A DNA stretch of 64,000 nucleotides from Tubulanus polymorphus (lineage: Eukaryota; Animalia; Nemertea), in NCBI RefSeq assembly GCF_964204645.1, contig NC_134029.1:20950950-21014949 (forward strand), in the 5' to 3' direction. Within the stretch, counting starts at the first letter, position 1. Each line of letters begins with the position of its first letter. The notes beneath the pieces were generated by a model, which searched no databases, had not been told where the DNA came from, and was given only the letters and a program-made list of their open reading frames with translations. The position numbers and the translations under genes are program-made. Shown here piece after piece: positions 45,801 through 59,000 of this stretch.

Positions 45801-48149
45801 CAAGCATGTTTGATCACGGAAACATTGTTTCTCGAAACCATGTAAATCTCGTTTCTCGTGTGCACACGACACAGGGAAACTCTCGGATACATGTTTCTGT
45901 CCCTTGTTTCCGCGTTTCTGCGTTTCCGTGCACCGAGTGCGTTGGACTTTATGCAAAATTAGTGGTAGGTACACGTACAATGGCATCTGGGCCCGTGATG
46001 ATTATCATAGCGAGTCCATTTTCCGTCGCTTCTACATGTCCGTTTTCCATCGTAATATTTATTAGGGTCGGTAGGTATCTCGTTATAAGCTCCCTTCACG
46101 CAACTGTACGTTAATATGGACATCCATTTTCTGGCGACAGTATAAGATGGCTCTGCCCGATAATAGGCCGGTGGAGTTTCACAATCGGGAAATACTAGAA
46201 AATGAATAAGTACACATTGAAGTAGTTTTGGCGATACAATCAATTAATCTTGCTTCAAAAATATACTATATTCTTAAATGTGTCTTTTAAAATTAATTGT
46301 CAATTAATCTTACTTAATCAGAAAACGTTTATTTTTACGTACTTCAAATTATATATGTATGATTTTCTGAGAACGACAATTTCACCTCGCGTATAATGAG
46401 GTACTGAACTAGCGATGAACTATGAATTCGACCTGGTTACTCTCATAACTCGATTTTTCTCCTTTTTATGATATGGGTAAAAAGTATAAGTCGTTTTACA
46501 AAGCAAGTGACGCATTTTTTTCAAGAGCGCGTATTTAATAAAAATCATTGAAGTATAGATATTTATCATAATGCCTGTTGCAAAAGCCATTAAAATGATT
46601 AATTTGTCAACAAGACTTCATTAGAGCCATTGATTAGCCGCATATTCTGACATAATGAAATCAATTTTACTGGTTCATGAAAAGGTCGGTTTTATTACGA
46701 TTCAATTGAACGTAGAATCCGTTCATTTTTCTCGACGTTAGTAAATTATTACTTTTTGAAAAGCCGTGACGTTAATCGGTGCAAAGGATTAATGACTGTG
46801 TCGAAAATTCGACCAAATATTTAGGGTAAGTGATTTTTAAGAATTTTGGAACACTTTTTGCGTAAACATTTTCTCAGTAATCTAGATATTCTAAACGCCC
46901 GATATTAGTCGTTCACGAAGTTTGCGTATGTTAAAATTCCGTTCATTTGATTTCAGAGAAATTATTTTCATTATTTTCCATATATTTCTTTTCGATAGAA
47001 TATTTGAACTTACGTCGCTGTTTTTCGCACGAAGTTGCGCAATTTGTTAACATATAATTCCTCGTCGATGATCTGTAACAGTCTGCCGTCTGAAGCCAAC
47101 CGCCGCAGTTACAGGATTTATCGGCGTCAAATCCTACCACACGCATATCTGTAGACGATGAAACAGCTTCGTCAAACATACAAACAAACATTTACTTTAA
47201 ACTGCAGTCAGGGCAGATCTAGGGTCTGATTCGGGGAGGGTCGTACCCCTATACATTGAAATGGCACCCCGAAAGAAAGCTGATCGGAAAAAAAATTAAC
47301 TCATTTTTCTTGAAATACAGAGAAAAGCTTATGAAATTAAACTTTGTTTAGGCAGGCCCATCAGTTAGATATATTCCGTAAAATGTCTGGGCAACTTTAA
47401 GAGCCCCTGCCAGTCACCCCCGCCCATAAACCACCACCGCCTAACATCATGTCTTCTTAGATAACGGAACATCTGTACTACCATACTCTCCAGATACCGC
47501 CTGAATCCTATATCACTAGTGGGCACGACGGTATTCGGGGGAGGGGGCTGACTCAATCCCTTTGCCCTCATAATGAAAAATACAACGCTCCAAATAAGGT
47601 TTCCATCATTTATCCCATCATTTCTCAATCTATGGATTGCCTAATGCTAAAACATTGTTTTCATTCACTGGACGAAGGCCTGACTGTAAAAGCCAATTTT
47701 TCAGAAATATTTTTCACATTTCTTTTAACTTACTATGGCATAAGCAAGAAGCCTTGCACGTAGTAGCGCAGTTTGTCCAAGTGAATGGATGAAGTTTTTC
47801 GCAATCTCCGTTCGACAGGAAAAATGGACAGCTTGAATGAGAATCCGCACAAGAATACCCGCGCACAAGAGCTATGTATTTGGAAATAAAAGAAAAAAGG
47901 TGTTTTCATGAAATATGAAATAGATTTTTTGCCAGAGCGTATGACTCTGAATAAAAGTGTACATTTTTCCCAAATGAGAGAAGATTAGGCTATCATCTGA
48001 ATACGCTTGTATTACAAATAATCATCATATCGTTCTTAAGTGTTGTTCACGATAATACATGGGATTAGGATTTAAAACTTACCTGGCATTTGAAAAGAAG
48101 TGAAGAACACTTTTAGACACAATAACAATATGAATCGTAGTTCGTTCAT
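42867..48149 (-). CDS. Type I membrane protein C: signal peptide, 2 ShK-like modules, 4 CCP/Sushi domains, long mucin stalk, TM, about 100-aa tail
   Basis: Exon 1 from ATG 48149 (MNELRFILLLCLKVFFTSFQMP); ShK exons at about 47871-47734 and 47148-47014; CCP exons between 46194 and 44934; mucin+TM exon about 44834-43225 (GLIGGIVGAFLLLTIAIIIAIILIKRKK); last exon ends at 42867. Confidence 0.87.
43640..44790 (-). repeat. Coding minisatellite, 51-bp unit x about 22 (TSETTSGTPETSSSTPQ mucin-type repeat)
   Basis: Unit gtacctgacgtagtttctgacgtttgtggggtacttgatgaagtttctggg repeated with few substitutions and no visible indels. Confidence 0.97.
45767..45948. mobile_element. PIF/Harbinger-type MITE (intronic)
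   Basis: TTA|agcccaacgcac ... gtgcgttggact|TTA. Internal ggaaac repeats point one way in the left half and the other way in the right half. Confidence 0.6.
47209..47409. mobile_element. MITE-like element homologous to the 4984-5226 copy (right end uncertain)
   Basis: cagggcagatctagggtctgattc...ccccgaaagaaagct...ttaactcatttttcttgaaatac aligns by eye with the reverse complement of about 5100-5226. Confidence 0.6.
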
Positions 48150-49243
48150 CTGTAAAAATGTAATTAATGTTAATTGATAAAAATAAAAAAAAGATTACAT
48201 AAAAAATTATTTTGTAGTTATAAGAATACAAGTCCTTATCGTTGTTATGATTTTGTACATTGATATAAGATTCATCGCATTTAATATTGCCGGAAAATGA
48301 GATATGTATATTAATGTTTCAGATTCCTTCTTAGTATATTTCAGTGGTTAACTTTATTGTTGCACCACTAACGTCTCAGATTAGAAATACTTCCCAATAA
48401 CCTTTTCTACATTATTCATTTTTTCTCTTACCTTGTCGGTTCGTGGTTCACATGTTCACTGACGAAATGTCTTGTTTACACATATAAATACACTGGTATG
48501 ATAACTTTTTCCGTATATAGTTATGAAAACTTAGCGATATCGTTTGCACGTTAAAAGACGTCTACGGATCTGTTATTTTTATCACACGTCCCCTATTTAA
48601 TAATGGTGTTTGTATTCACGGAAGCGAAGCATGCATACAGTCTGGATTGAGGAGGCTTTCTGATTGGATAAGGAAATAAAAGCGGTTGGCGGCTTATTCA
48701 AAAATCCTTTTAAAATATCGCGAATTTTAGCATCTTTAAAGCAATAGAATACCGGTGCTAGTTAAGCAGAATGTAGTTGGTATTAGGACTACTTTCTAAT
48801 TAGACAATACAACTTCGTTGTTCCAAAAGAATTACATTTTCCTGATGTTTTCTCCGTTCTACTTCCTATAATCACGCTTCCAGTCCTTGCAACGCTTGAA
48901 ATGGCTTTGGGTATGCCCCCTACGGCTTATATTTTAAGTTTGTTTTTATTTTGACGCTCAGTTAATTGATTAATTCCAATGTGTCTGAGGTCATTCGTCG
49001 CCTATAAGTTCGACTGACACAACACTGAAGACGACCAAGCGTGAAAGAATGTCACATTAAGTTGTTAACCATTATAAACAAAATTACCGTTATTGTCGGT
49101 ATAAAAAAGAATAATGACTCACTCGTTTATTTGTTCATAATCTTGTACAAATTAATGACCTTATCTACTATAGCAACAACTGCGTCGAAATGTTGGCTTG
49201 GCAACCATCTCCATGATGGTGCAAATATGACTGATGATGTAGG

Positions 49244-52046
49244 ATGGCGGATCGACTTGTAATAAGCGACAAGGGTACGCTGACGCTAGAACCCAGCGAA
49301 TTGCCTCCGATTGATCAAAATGGTAGTCTGGTTGCGCGGGGGATAGATTTGTACCGACCAGTATCACCGAGACCCGGTGATCCTTTGTCCACATTGGATA
49401 AAGTCCAAAACAAGAAAAAGAAACCAGAAAATGTCGTTTTACCAAAAATAAAATCTGGAAATCGACTTCTATCACGTTATGATACGAGCCTCGAACCTGA
49501 AGGTATAAATTTCTCCGAAGAAGAGTTTTTTTCAGATGGCAACAAACAAGCGGAAAATGGCGTGGGACAGGGTACAAACGCGGAAGCTTTGGAAAATGGA
49601 CACGATGTAAAGACCTCAGGAGAATACGGAGAACAGAAAAGTGAATCAGACCAGACGGCAGATCTAGCTGAGTCTCCTGAAAAAGATGGCACCGATGGAT
49701 CAGAAACTTCGGTAAATATGTTGCAAGGCTCCTTTTTCGTATTCCTTGTATAATATAAAGAAATAAATGATAGGCATGATATTTTTGACTAGCTAAATCG
49801 CCAGTCGCCATTAGCTGCCGTCCCGAAAAAGATGCGCTTCAAGAAACTAGCTCGCATGGTTCGTACCAATCTATTTTGGCGGCGAGAACTAAACAGTGGT
49901 AAAAATCCAAACGAAGAAGAGCGAGGGGCGCGAGACTTCGTCATACATAATAAAGAGGATGGAACAACAGAGGTTTTGACATTCAATTTACAAATTTTCA
50001 AAGCTAAAGGTCAATCTTACGGTGGTCTTACAGCGAAAGCCAAGCGAATTTGCATGAAAGCGCATTGGGAGCGCACAAACGAAGACTTGGCATGTTTGAA
50101 AGTACGAGTGAAAACCTTTGCTTGTAGTATATTATTGAAGAGTCATAGCCACGTTGTACGTATATTAGCTGAATATTAAATCTCGATATTTCAATTAGGA
50201 TGTGGTTAAAAGACTAAAATGCTTCGACAAATACTCGGAAAAAGTAAAACAGGAAATGGCTCGTGTTATTAGTTACGACTCATTCGATGACGGTAGAATT
50301 ATCATACGTCAAGGGCATCAAGGTTATTCGTTCTATTTTATCATTAAAGGGGCAGTATCAGTCATCATATCTGATACTGATAAAAGAGGCAAGTATTCTA
50401 ATAAAAATATTACGGATTATCAGTCGTTTATTAATGCAAAAGAATGAATCCATACGTCCGCGACAGGACTCGAACCTGCAATCTTCTGATTCGAAGTCAG
50501 ACGCCTTATCCATTAGGCCACGCGGACAAGATACACTTCCTTTAAACTATGGGAATTTGTCCAAAGTTTTAAAATTGAAATCTGCGATTTTGTAATACAT
50601 AAAATGCTTCGTGGTGAATGTTTTTCTTAGGTAAGAATACGTCTCAGGTCATTGGAGAATTGACCGAAGGTTCATCTTTTGGAGAATTGGCTCTGCTTCA
50701 TGACATTGAGAGGACGGCAACTATTGTTTGCAAAGGTATTGTAAACCGAGAAACTGAAATCATTTTGCAAATAGTTCTTCAAAGACAAAAAAATAAAAAT
50801 GTTCAATACAAATTTTTTTTCAGTTACTCTTTTACCAAGCTGAATATATGATCTTATATAGTTATCATTTGTTTATTCTGATGGTGTAACCATTGCAGGT
50901 AATTCAGAGTTTTTGAGAATAGACAGAGCCGATTTTGACATGGTACTGAGAGTCAGTTATGAATATGAGTGGAACGCAAGGCTGAAAGCCCTAAAAACGA
51001 TACCCTGGTTCAAAGATTTATCCGAGGAAGAACTACTCAGCGCTAACCATGTCTGTAAAATGTTGGAATACCCGATGGATAAGGTCATTGATCTTCATCA
51101 TTCGAAAGAAATTAAATTGGATCAAATATTTCAATTCAATTATATTTTTTCATTGGACACTTGATAATGACATTTACAGATCGTCTATGGCAATACAACG
51201 GATTTGACGGAGAATGTGTATTACGTAGTTTCCGGCGAGGCGAAAATCGTACGCGAGATGTACATGATAAAAGAAGCGCTGCCGTGGGGAAGAAAGAAAA
51301 TAACGCTGAAAGCCATCGATCACCTAAGAACTGGAAAGAGACACCAACAAAGAAAGGACGCATTGAAAGAAGGACTAGAAGAACGCCATCTTATAGCTGT
51401 ATGCACTATATCTAAGGGTCATTTCTACGGTCTCGGTACGGCCTATAAATGTATATGTTTTATTCGCGATTTAAATTACAATATGAAGTAGCAGGAATAG
51501 ATACAAAATAATGTGATATAAGACGCTGGACGACTGGTGAAGTTAAAATAAACTTATTTCCTCTCACATTCGCGCACATTCATACCCCATTCATACCTAC
51601 AAGTTATATGACAGAACATGAAAAGCCATTTCTATTTACGTAATAGAAATCATATGATTCCAAATACGTTGGAATATGGCTAGCAACATCATACTCTTAT
51701 TTTTCAATTTTTAGGTGAAGATTTGATAAGCACGTACATAATATCCACTGATAGGCTGGAAGTACTGGCCGTCCCGCGCATTCTGTTTACCCGTTACGGT
51801 AAAGCCGAACTATTGATCCGTATGAAAGAAGATCTGTGCACGGTGATCCCGAGCAATAAGCAGGCGTTCAACCATTTCATGGAGAGCAAAAAATGGAAAC
51901 GATACAAAAGTCAAGTGACCAGGGAAGTGGTCAGCAATAGACGAATCCCGAATCCTACTCGGTTAGGGGATGTACCGCTAGCTATACGTATGGAAGAGCC
52001 GACTGATGACCTCGGTGGTATTTCAGAAACTGTTCAGGATGTTTAG
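49244..52046 (+). CDS. Cyclic nucleotide-binding domain protein (CNBD2-like); exons 49244-49711, 49805-50101, 50199-50388, 50631-50735, 50899-51083, about 51180-51435, 51715-52046
   Basis: IIRQGHQGYSFYFIIKGAVSV...GSSFGELALLHDIERTATIV (CNB phosphate-binding cassette), followed by a second, degenerate CNB domain (VYYVVSGEAKIV...GHFYGLG). Confidence 0.85.
50455..50527 (-). tRNA. trnR-TCG: tRNA-Arg (anticodon TCG), antisense within intron 3 of the CNBD gene
   Basis: GTCCGCG-TGGCCTAATGGATAAGGCG-TCTGA-CTTCGAA-TCAGA-AGATT-GCAGG-TTCGAGT-CCTGT-CGCGGAC-G: full cloverleaf, A and B boxes, TTTT terminator just downstream. Confidence 0.96.
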
Positions 52047-53024
52047 ATATAATCAATTGATATTTTGCAAGAGATAAAGAATCAGTGAAACCTATGATTT
52101 TCGGGCGTTTAGCCTTTTCAGTCTTTCGTATGTCGTCTTTGGTTATTTTTGGTATCATTACTTGTTTCTAATTGCTTATAATTTTGTACGAACAAAAAGT
52201 GAAAGAGGAAGCTATTTCTATTTTATTTGTACTGCATAGATGACATGATGAAATTCCTTCCCATCTACCTTGTCCGTTGTGGGGCCTAGACGAAACTGAG
52301 TAACTTTTCCAGCTTCCTTTGTGGAGTTCAAAAAAGAAAATGCATCAACATAACTTCCGTCTATTATTTCTAAGTGCTTTATAGCGGATAACCTATTTAA
52401 GTACTATATATATATATATATGCCTGGAAATCAACACAAGTAGCTCGCGATAAAGGGTCATATTTAGCGTGTGGGATATGATAGCGGAGTTTTGTTTCAA
52501 GAAATCAACGACCATATTATAGTTAGTAACGTATATATACCGAAACAGGATGTAATCGTATATGCCGCGCAGTTGTGTCACAAGATGCTGAACACTCGCT
52601 AATAAAGGATAGATTGTTTCCAGTCGTAGAGTTAGGTAAGTCTTGACCATTTGCGCGATATGTACATGCTTTGAAATTACTTACAAGACTTTACTATGTA
52701 ATGGTCAATCACAAAATGTTTTCTATTTTCTGATAAGCGTCGCCAACAATATATATCCTCTGTATTTTTTACGTCACTGATACCAGCGTTTTGCCCATTC
52801 GCTGCTGCACTGAATGGTGGTGAACAAGCCCGTTCAGTTGATCATTGGATATAAAAAATAGATAACAAATAATCTAGAGACTATATTTCTATATTTAGGA
52901 ATGATGTAGATATAATGAACTGTCTTTTAATAAATAGATTCACCATTGAGTTTGGTTTATCTATTCGGACGGCAGTCATTAAATATATGAATATATGTAT
53001 ATGTAGATTTCGGATGATCGAGAG

Positions 53025-56000
53025 ATGTTTTGGTTTTTTGGAAATTCCGTTTTACTTGGTAAGTCACGAAACCATTTGTAATCATATTCTAAGGTTGAAT
53101 TTTGCATTATTCCTAATGCGATGCGGATGACTTTAAAGTGTTTCAGCTACGAACATGGGGTATGCAAGCTTAGTATACAACTGATTGGGACGTATTTTGC
53201 GATAGTGATCATGGAAATATGCACTTGAATGTCGATTAATAAGGCGCAAACATCTCAGTAATACGATACATATGAGAGGGTCTAATCTGCAGGTTTCAGG
53301 CCCGATTGACCTTTGGAGAATCGCCAAGGCCTTAGAAAGTTGTAGAAAAAAAACAATATATCAAATAAACGTGACCCAAACAACTATTTGTTGTTTCTTA
53401 CGATACTGTGCTTTAAACTATTTCCGAGTCCTTTTGCATTCATATTTTTTCTGCACGCTCAATTTCGAAACCAGGCAATATTGTGGATTAAATGAGTCTC
53501 TATTCGTTTGGGCTATCAATACAAATAAGTGATAATTTCTTATCAACTAATTGATTCCGAATTCAATTCTGTATTTATTTGGGCTATAATAGAATGGGTT
53601 ATTCGTCAAAATAAACAATCTTATCTTATTGTTATCTCACTTTTCTATAATCTTATTTTTTCACGATATTGATAAGGCTTCTTCACTTTTACAGGCGTCA
53701 TAGCGCTAACTGTACGCAGTTCCGCAACCGCCATTAATCGGCGAGATGTCGAAAAAGCAATCCGAACAAATCAACGCGACCAAAATGTTTCAGGGTTTGA
53801 TCAGATCCGGATTGCTGATGACGTTATCGTTGATAAGAATGTCAGCCAAGGGATTATCCAACGCGATGGTCAGTTGCATACAAAACAGTTCTCAAACGGT
53901 GAAGAGTTTAACAATACTATGGCTGACGATAGCCTTGCAATTGCTAATGATCATAGCGACACTGATAATAAACCGCGTGCTAGTTATAGCCTTTCAGGCT
54001 CCATTGATGATACTGAGAACCTTTCTGCAGTTACTGAGGAGCTCGGTGAGATTCGCTCTCAGAAAGTTCCGACAATATTAGCAGTGTTGAACAGGTCTGG
54101 AGGTGATACTGTGAATAATAGTGTAAATATGATCACAAAACCTGGTTCGGTCGAATATATGGAACTGAAACGATTCGAAAAATCTGCTGGCAAAAATCAG
54201 GGTCGCAGAGTTGTACCGAAAATTCGTGCGAAATTTCACAACGAAGACGAAGAACCGAAATTAATATCTGAAGCTGAGGACGGTTTAGATGAAACAACTG
54301 GTGAATCAGAATTCTCTGAAATCAAACCTTATGATGATTTTGTAATTGAAGGGAGTGGGGACAGTGGAAATAGTAGTAAATCGATAGCGAGTCCAATTAC
54401 TATTATAAATACGGTTGATAGAACGGAAAGAACGTCAACAAAATCAACGCCGACAAAATCAAAGAGCCCGACAAGGACATCGAAAATGCCAAATGTGAGG
54501 CAAGTCAAACCAACAGTTATTGCTTCAAAGCCATCGATAAAAATACCAACTACAAGTGGATCAGTTGCTGAGGGGGGAGTAGAAAATACGAGCAAGCAAT
54601 CGGAGAGAAATGTGAAAACGATGATAACGTCAAAACCAAACTTGATTGGAATCTCTGCTGCGCCGACGACAACAACGAAGAAACCGACGATCAACGTCGA
54701 TGTGGAACGAGGCAAAGTCGTCGAAAAACCCGAAAAGGAGCCTGGAAAAAATATGGATAAGAAAAATCCTACTCGTGTTCAAGAGACGCCAGAAGGTGAT
54801 AAGCAACCTACGACTGTTGTAATCAAAGACACGGAAAAGGGTAAAACGGATGTGGTTGTAGACAGCACTATCATCGAACAAGTGACAAAACGAACAAAGG
54901 TAATGATCAATAAAGATAGTAGCTGTTAATCTACTTAACAAACTGATAATGGTCTCTTTTTGTTTGACTTGCAGATAGTTGGCCCTGATATAAACACGAG
55001 GCCAAAACCAAAAACGACGAAAGCACCCCCTAGCGCGTACATCGTCATCAAATTCGATTTGATGAGTCATACATTTTGCCGGCACGTGGGTATTTTCAAG
55101 AAAGCCGTAGCTAAAAGCGTCGACTCCCGCATTCGCATCAAACCGGACCAAGTAATCGTAATGAACGACTGCCGAAGTGTCGTCAATCGTCCTAAACGTA
55201 ACGTAATAACTACTGTCAAATTTTATATCGTCGACCGATCAAATGAATATAGTTTAACGTTAACCTCAGTGGCGTTTACAACTCTGGGAGAATATGGATT
55301 TCAGGATAACGTCTTCTACACAACGGTATACTCCTACATGTTGTTCTGTGTATCGAATCATACATCAATGGATGAATTAGTTTATTCTCATAGATTTCGT
55401 TTCAGCCATTAAGTATAGAGTTTGCCCAAGAAACCAGACACTCGGCAGCAGACCAAACCTCCAGAAGATTTGGATCTGGTATCGTTGTTGCTATAGTTAT
55501 TGCCTGTATAGCTGGTGTAGCACTAGTCATACTCATTATATTACAGGTAAAGAATGGAAAGTTTGTGGTGTGGATCTAGGGACCATTGAGGTTCCTTTTT
55601 ATCAAGACAGAGATTGTCAAAACCTGTCAATTTGACACTCGGAGATAGATCTTTTTGGATTGATCTCTTCAGAAAACTTCTAACGATGAAGATATCCACT
55701 TGCGGCCTTTCGGTGTGTGACTGTTTTATCTAAGGAATACACTTCCTTTACTATTGGACCCCGCCTTGTAATTCTCTTAGATTCTCCCCTGTATCATGGC
55801 ATTTCTATCTTCGATCGAATATGATTACAATACTTTTTGAATCTAGGATCAGGTTAAACACCGTATTTATATTGCCAACCTTAGCCGCTATTTTGGATAA
55901 ATGGATAAATGTTTTTGTTTCTCGGACAGATCGTGATGCGGCACCGTCAGAAAGATTCGTCAAGACTGATGCGACCGATTCCCCCTGAATTTATACCGGA

Positions 56001-59000
56001 TGGTTATTGTAGCTCGAGGGTTTCAATAGATTCTTTCCGTTTGTCGTCGTTAGCTCACAGAATATCTCTAGGCCACGTCAATCTGGGACTTCACACCGAA
56101 ACGGTAAGATCTTGCTTCATCGCCAACTTATTCATCAGAATTTAGGTAAATGAGGTAATATGTCTTATCTGATGCGAATACAATTCATCAGGGGCGTCTC
56201 TAGGAGGGATCAGGGTGTCCGGCGCCCACCGCCCCCACCCCAGAATTTCAAGTGCCCTCAAAAATGTCACCCCAAAATTTTTTGGACCAATGATTTCCAC
56301 CTATAATTTTTTCAATACATGAAATGACCGAAAGCACCCCTAAAATGTTGTAGAAGTATCTGGTGTGGTGTTTCGTAAAAGGTGCCCTTATTTCGCATTG
56401 GACAACCCCCCCCCCCCCCCCCATGGAAAATCCTAGATCCGTCCCTGTTCGTTTGATATTATAAAAGATATGTATACGTGAAAATATGTAGTGGCAAACG
56501 AAACCTCTGAGAATCATATGAAACGATATCATTCCAGACACCAGAGCCGTCAAAGCCTACGAAATTCATCGGTTTACCAAATTTCCGTCTAGACATGGAA
56601 ATGTTGGAGGACGAATTCGAGGTGAAATTTTTTTTTTGGAAGCTATCCATGCGATAAACGCAATCGGAAATTCTTCAAGGCCTTGGGCTGTCGATTACTT
56701 AATACACGTTTTTCGTTGTATTACAGAAACTATACAACGTAATGCCCAGATCGTCGGAGGTTCCCCCTGGTGCCGAGAACAAAAACCGATTTGCTAACGT
56801 TATCCCCAGTAAGTTTCGCGCACCGTGCCTTGCTATATTCATATTCTTAGATAATTGATATCCCACAAAACATATTGATATTGTAGTTGAGGAAAGTCGA
56901 GTCATGCTAAAAACGGTTTACGGAGCTGTCGCCAGTGAATACATCAATGCTAATTACATCAAGGTGATTTAAAAGATAAATTAGTTTTTCGCTCAAGTAA
57001 AACTCACTATAACTCGCGTACAGTAACAATGATATAAGGATTTTGACACTTAACTCCCATAATGTGGTAGAAAATCCACAATACAGATAAGAAAAAATAA
57101 GTCCGAAAGGTTTCCTCGAGTGTATATTTCGACGTTTCGACTAATAGTCATCTTCAAGAATACCTTATTTCTACTGTATTATCGTTTCAACACGGATCTG
57201 AGCATTTCATCAAGGTTATGTTCCTTAGTTGGTAAATGAAACACATTTCGGTAGTCTAATTAATCGTTATCAGAACATCGTTTGGCATCGTTTTGGGTGT
57301 TAAATTAAAATTCAAACTATGTTTATGCAGGGCTATAGAAGGCGTCCGAAGGTGTACATAGCTACCCAAGCACCGATGAAAAATACTATAGGAGACCTAT
57401 GGCGGATGGTTTGGGAACATCAGTGCCGTATTATCGTCATGTTGACTGCTCTTGATGAAGATGGCATGGTAAATGAATAACGTTTAATGTATACACGTAT
57501 CGTTGGGAAGTTTTATTGACACTCTTTTAGGTCATTATTTTTTGCGCTCAGAAAATATAGAGTCGCATTGTCTCGTGTTTTACCTAAAAGAATGTTTCAT
57601 GGCGGAAGATCTTTTTCACGTGCAGCACAAATATTATTATAATCTACCTCTTAATCTTTGGAACGGTAATGGCATTGATAATTTGAAATCTCGTCTTAAG
57701 ACTTTCCTTTTGAAAGAACATTCATATTTTCAATGTATTTTATAGCCGCATTTTTACTGTAAATAGCTCCGAGACGCCGTGTAGTGCGAACTATAAATTC
57801 TTATCATCATTGGTGAAATTGATCAGTCACTCGGTAAATTCTCTCTTCACGTCATTACAATTTTCAGTCAAGATGTGAGGAATACTGGCCAAATACAAAT
57901 GGCGTAGATCTGGTGAGATCTTACGGAGCATTCCAGATAACTCAAAAATCCAGAGAGGTCTACCAAGAATATATCGTTTCAACTTTATCGGTAAAAGATT
58001 TAGAGGTGCGTACAGTATAAATCAAAGGTCATAAATAACAGCCTTTCACGGATTTTCGCTTACCAATTTTGCAGCTACGTACTGATTTTAACAACAATTC
58101 ATGTATTTTGTTACTTTCATGACAAACATCTTTAAATAATTTGATTTACCAGTTTACCAGGGGCCGGTTGCTCAATAGGATGGTGTCAATATAACTTTAA
58201 CTTTAACCGACGAGGGAATTTATCCGTCGGTTGAATTTTCAAGCAACCCAATCTAACCGACGGTTAAGAGTTTAACCGGCCCCTGATTGCTTCATCAATT
58301 TCAGAGTAATCTTACAAGAGAAGTGATTCATTTTTGGTATACAGCCTGGCCCAATCAGGGCGTACCCGAATCGTCTTTATCTATCGTTAAATTCATTTTA
58401 CAACTCCGCCCTCACATGAAAAGACACAGTACGTCTCCAACTGTAATTCATTGCAGGTATGAACCCTTTTCATCTCTCGTGGCGTTACTAAGTGTTAGCT
58501 CGTGTAAATACTTACGGTGGCTGGATTAGGGATATCGTGCATTATTTTTTCTACCCATTCCTGACAAAAAATGGCATCCTCAACACCGCGTAAAAGCGAT
58601 CGTTGCAATCTTTTTGTCTCGAATCGGCTAGAAAAAAAATGATGCATGGGATCTCTAATCATCCACCATATCCGCTAGATGAATTTGACAAATAAACTGA
58701 TGTAGAATTATTTAGGATTCATAGATGATCTTTTTCTGCGAATTACTTTTGATAAACTTCCAACTGTGATTCTACTGAATAAATACTAATTTATCTTATT
58801 ACCAAAGTCCCGGGACTGGAAGAACTGGAACAGTCATAGCTATTGATATATGTATGAGATCATTTGAAGAGACGAATGTCGTGGATATACTCAACTGCGT
58901 AAACCGATTACGTCAGGAACGAGGTGGAGCCGTTAAAACACTAGAACAATATGCATTTATATTCAAGGTAAAATCTTACGAAACCAAAGTGTTAACAAGC

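Noticed and set aside
50263-50595. 110-aa ORF containing IRPRQDSNLQSSDSKSDALSIRPRG
   Set aside because: Typical spurious antisense translation of the tRNA gene.
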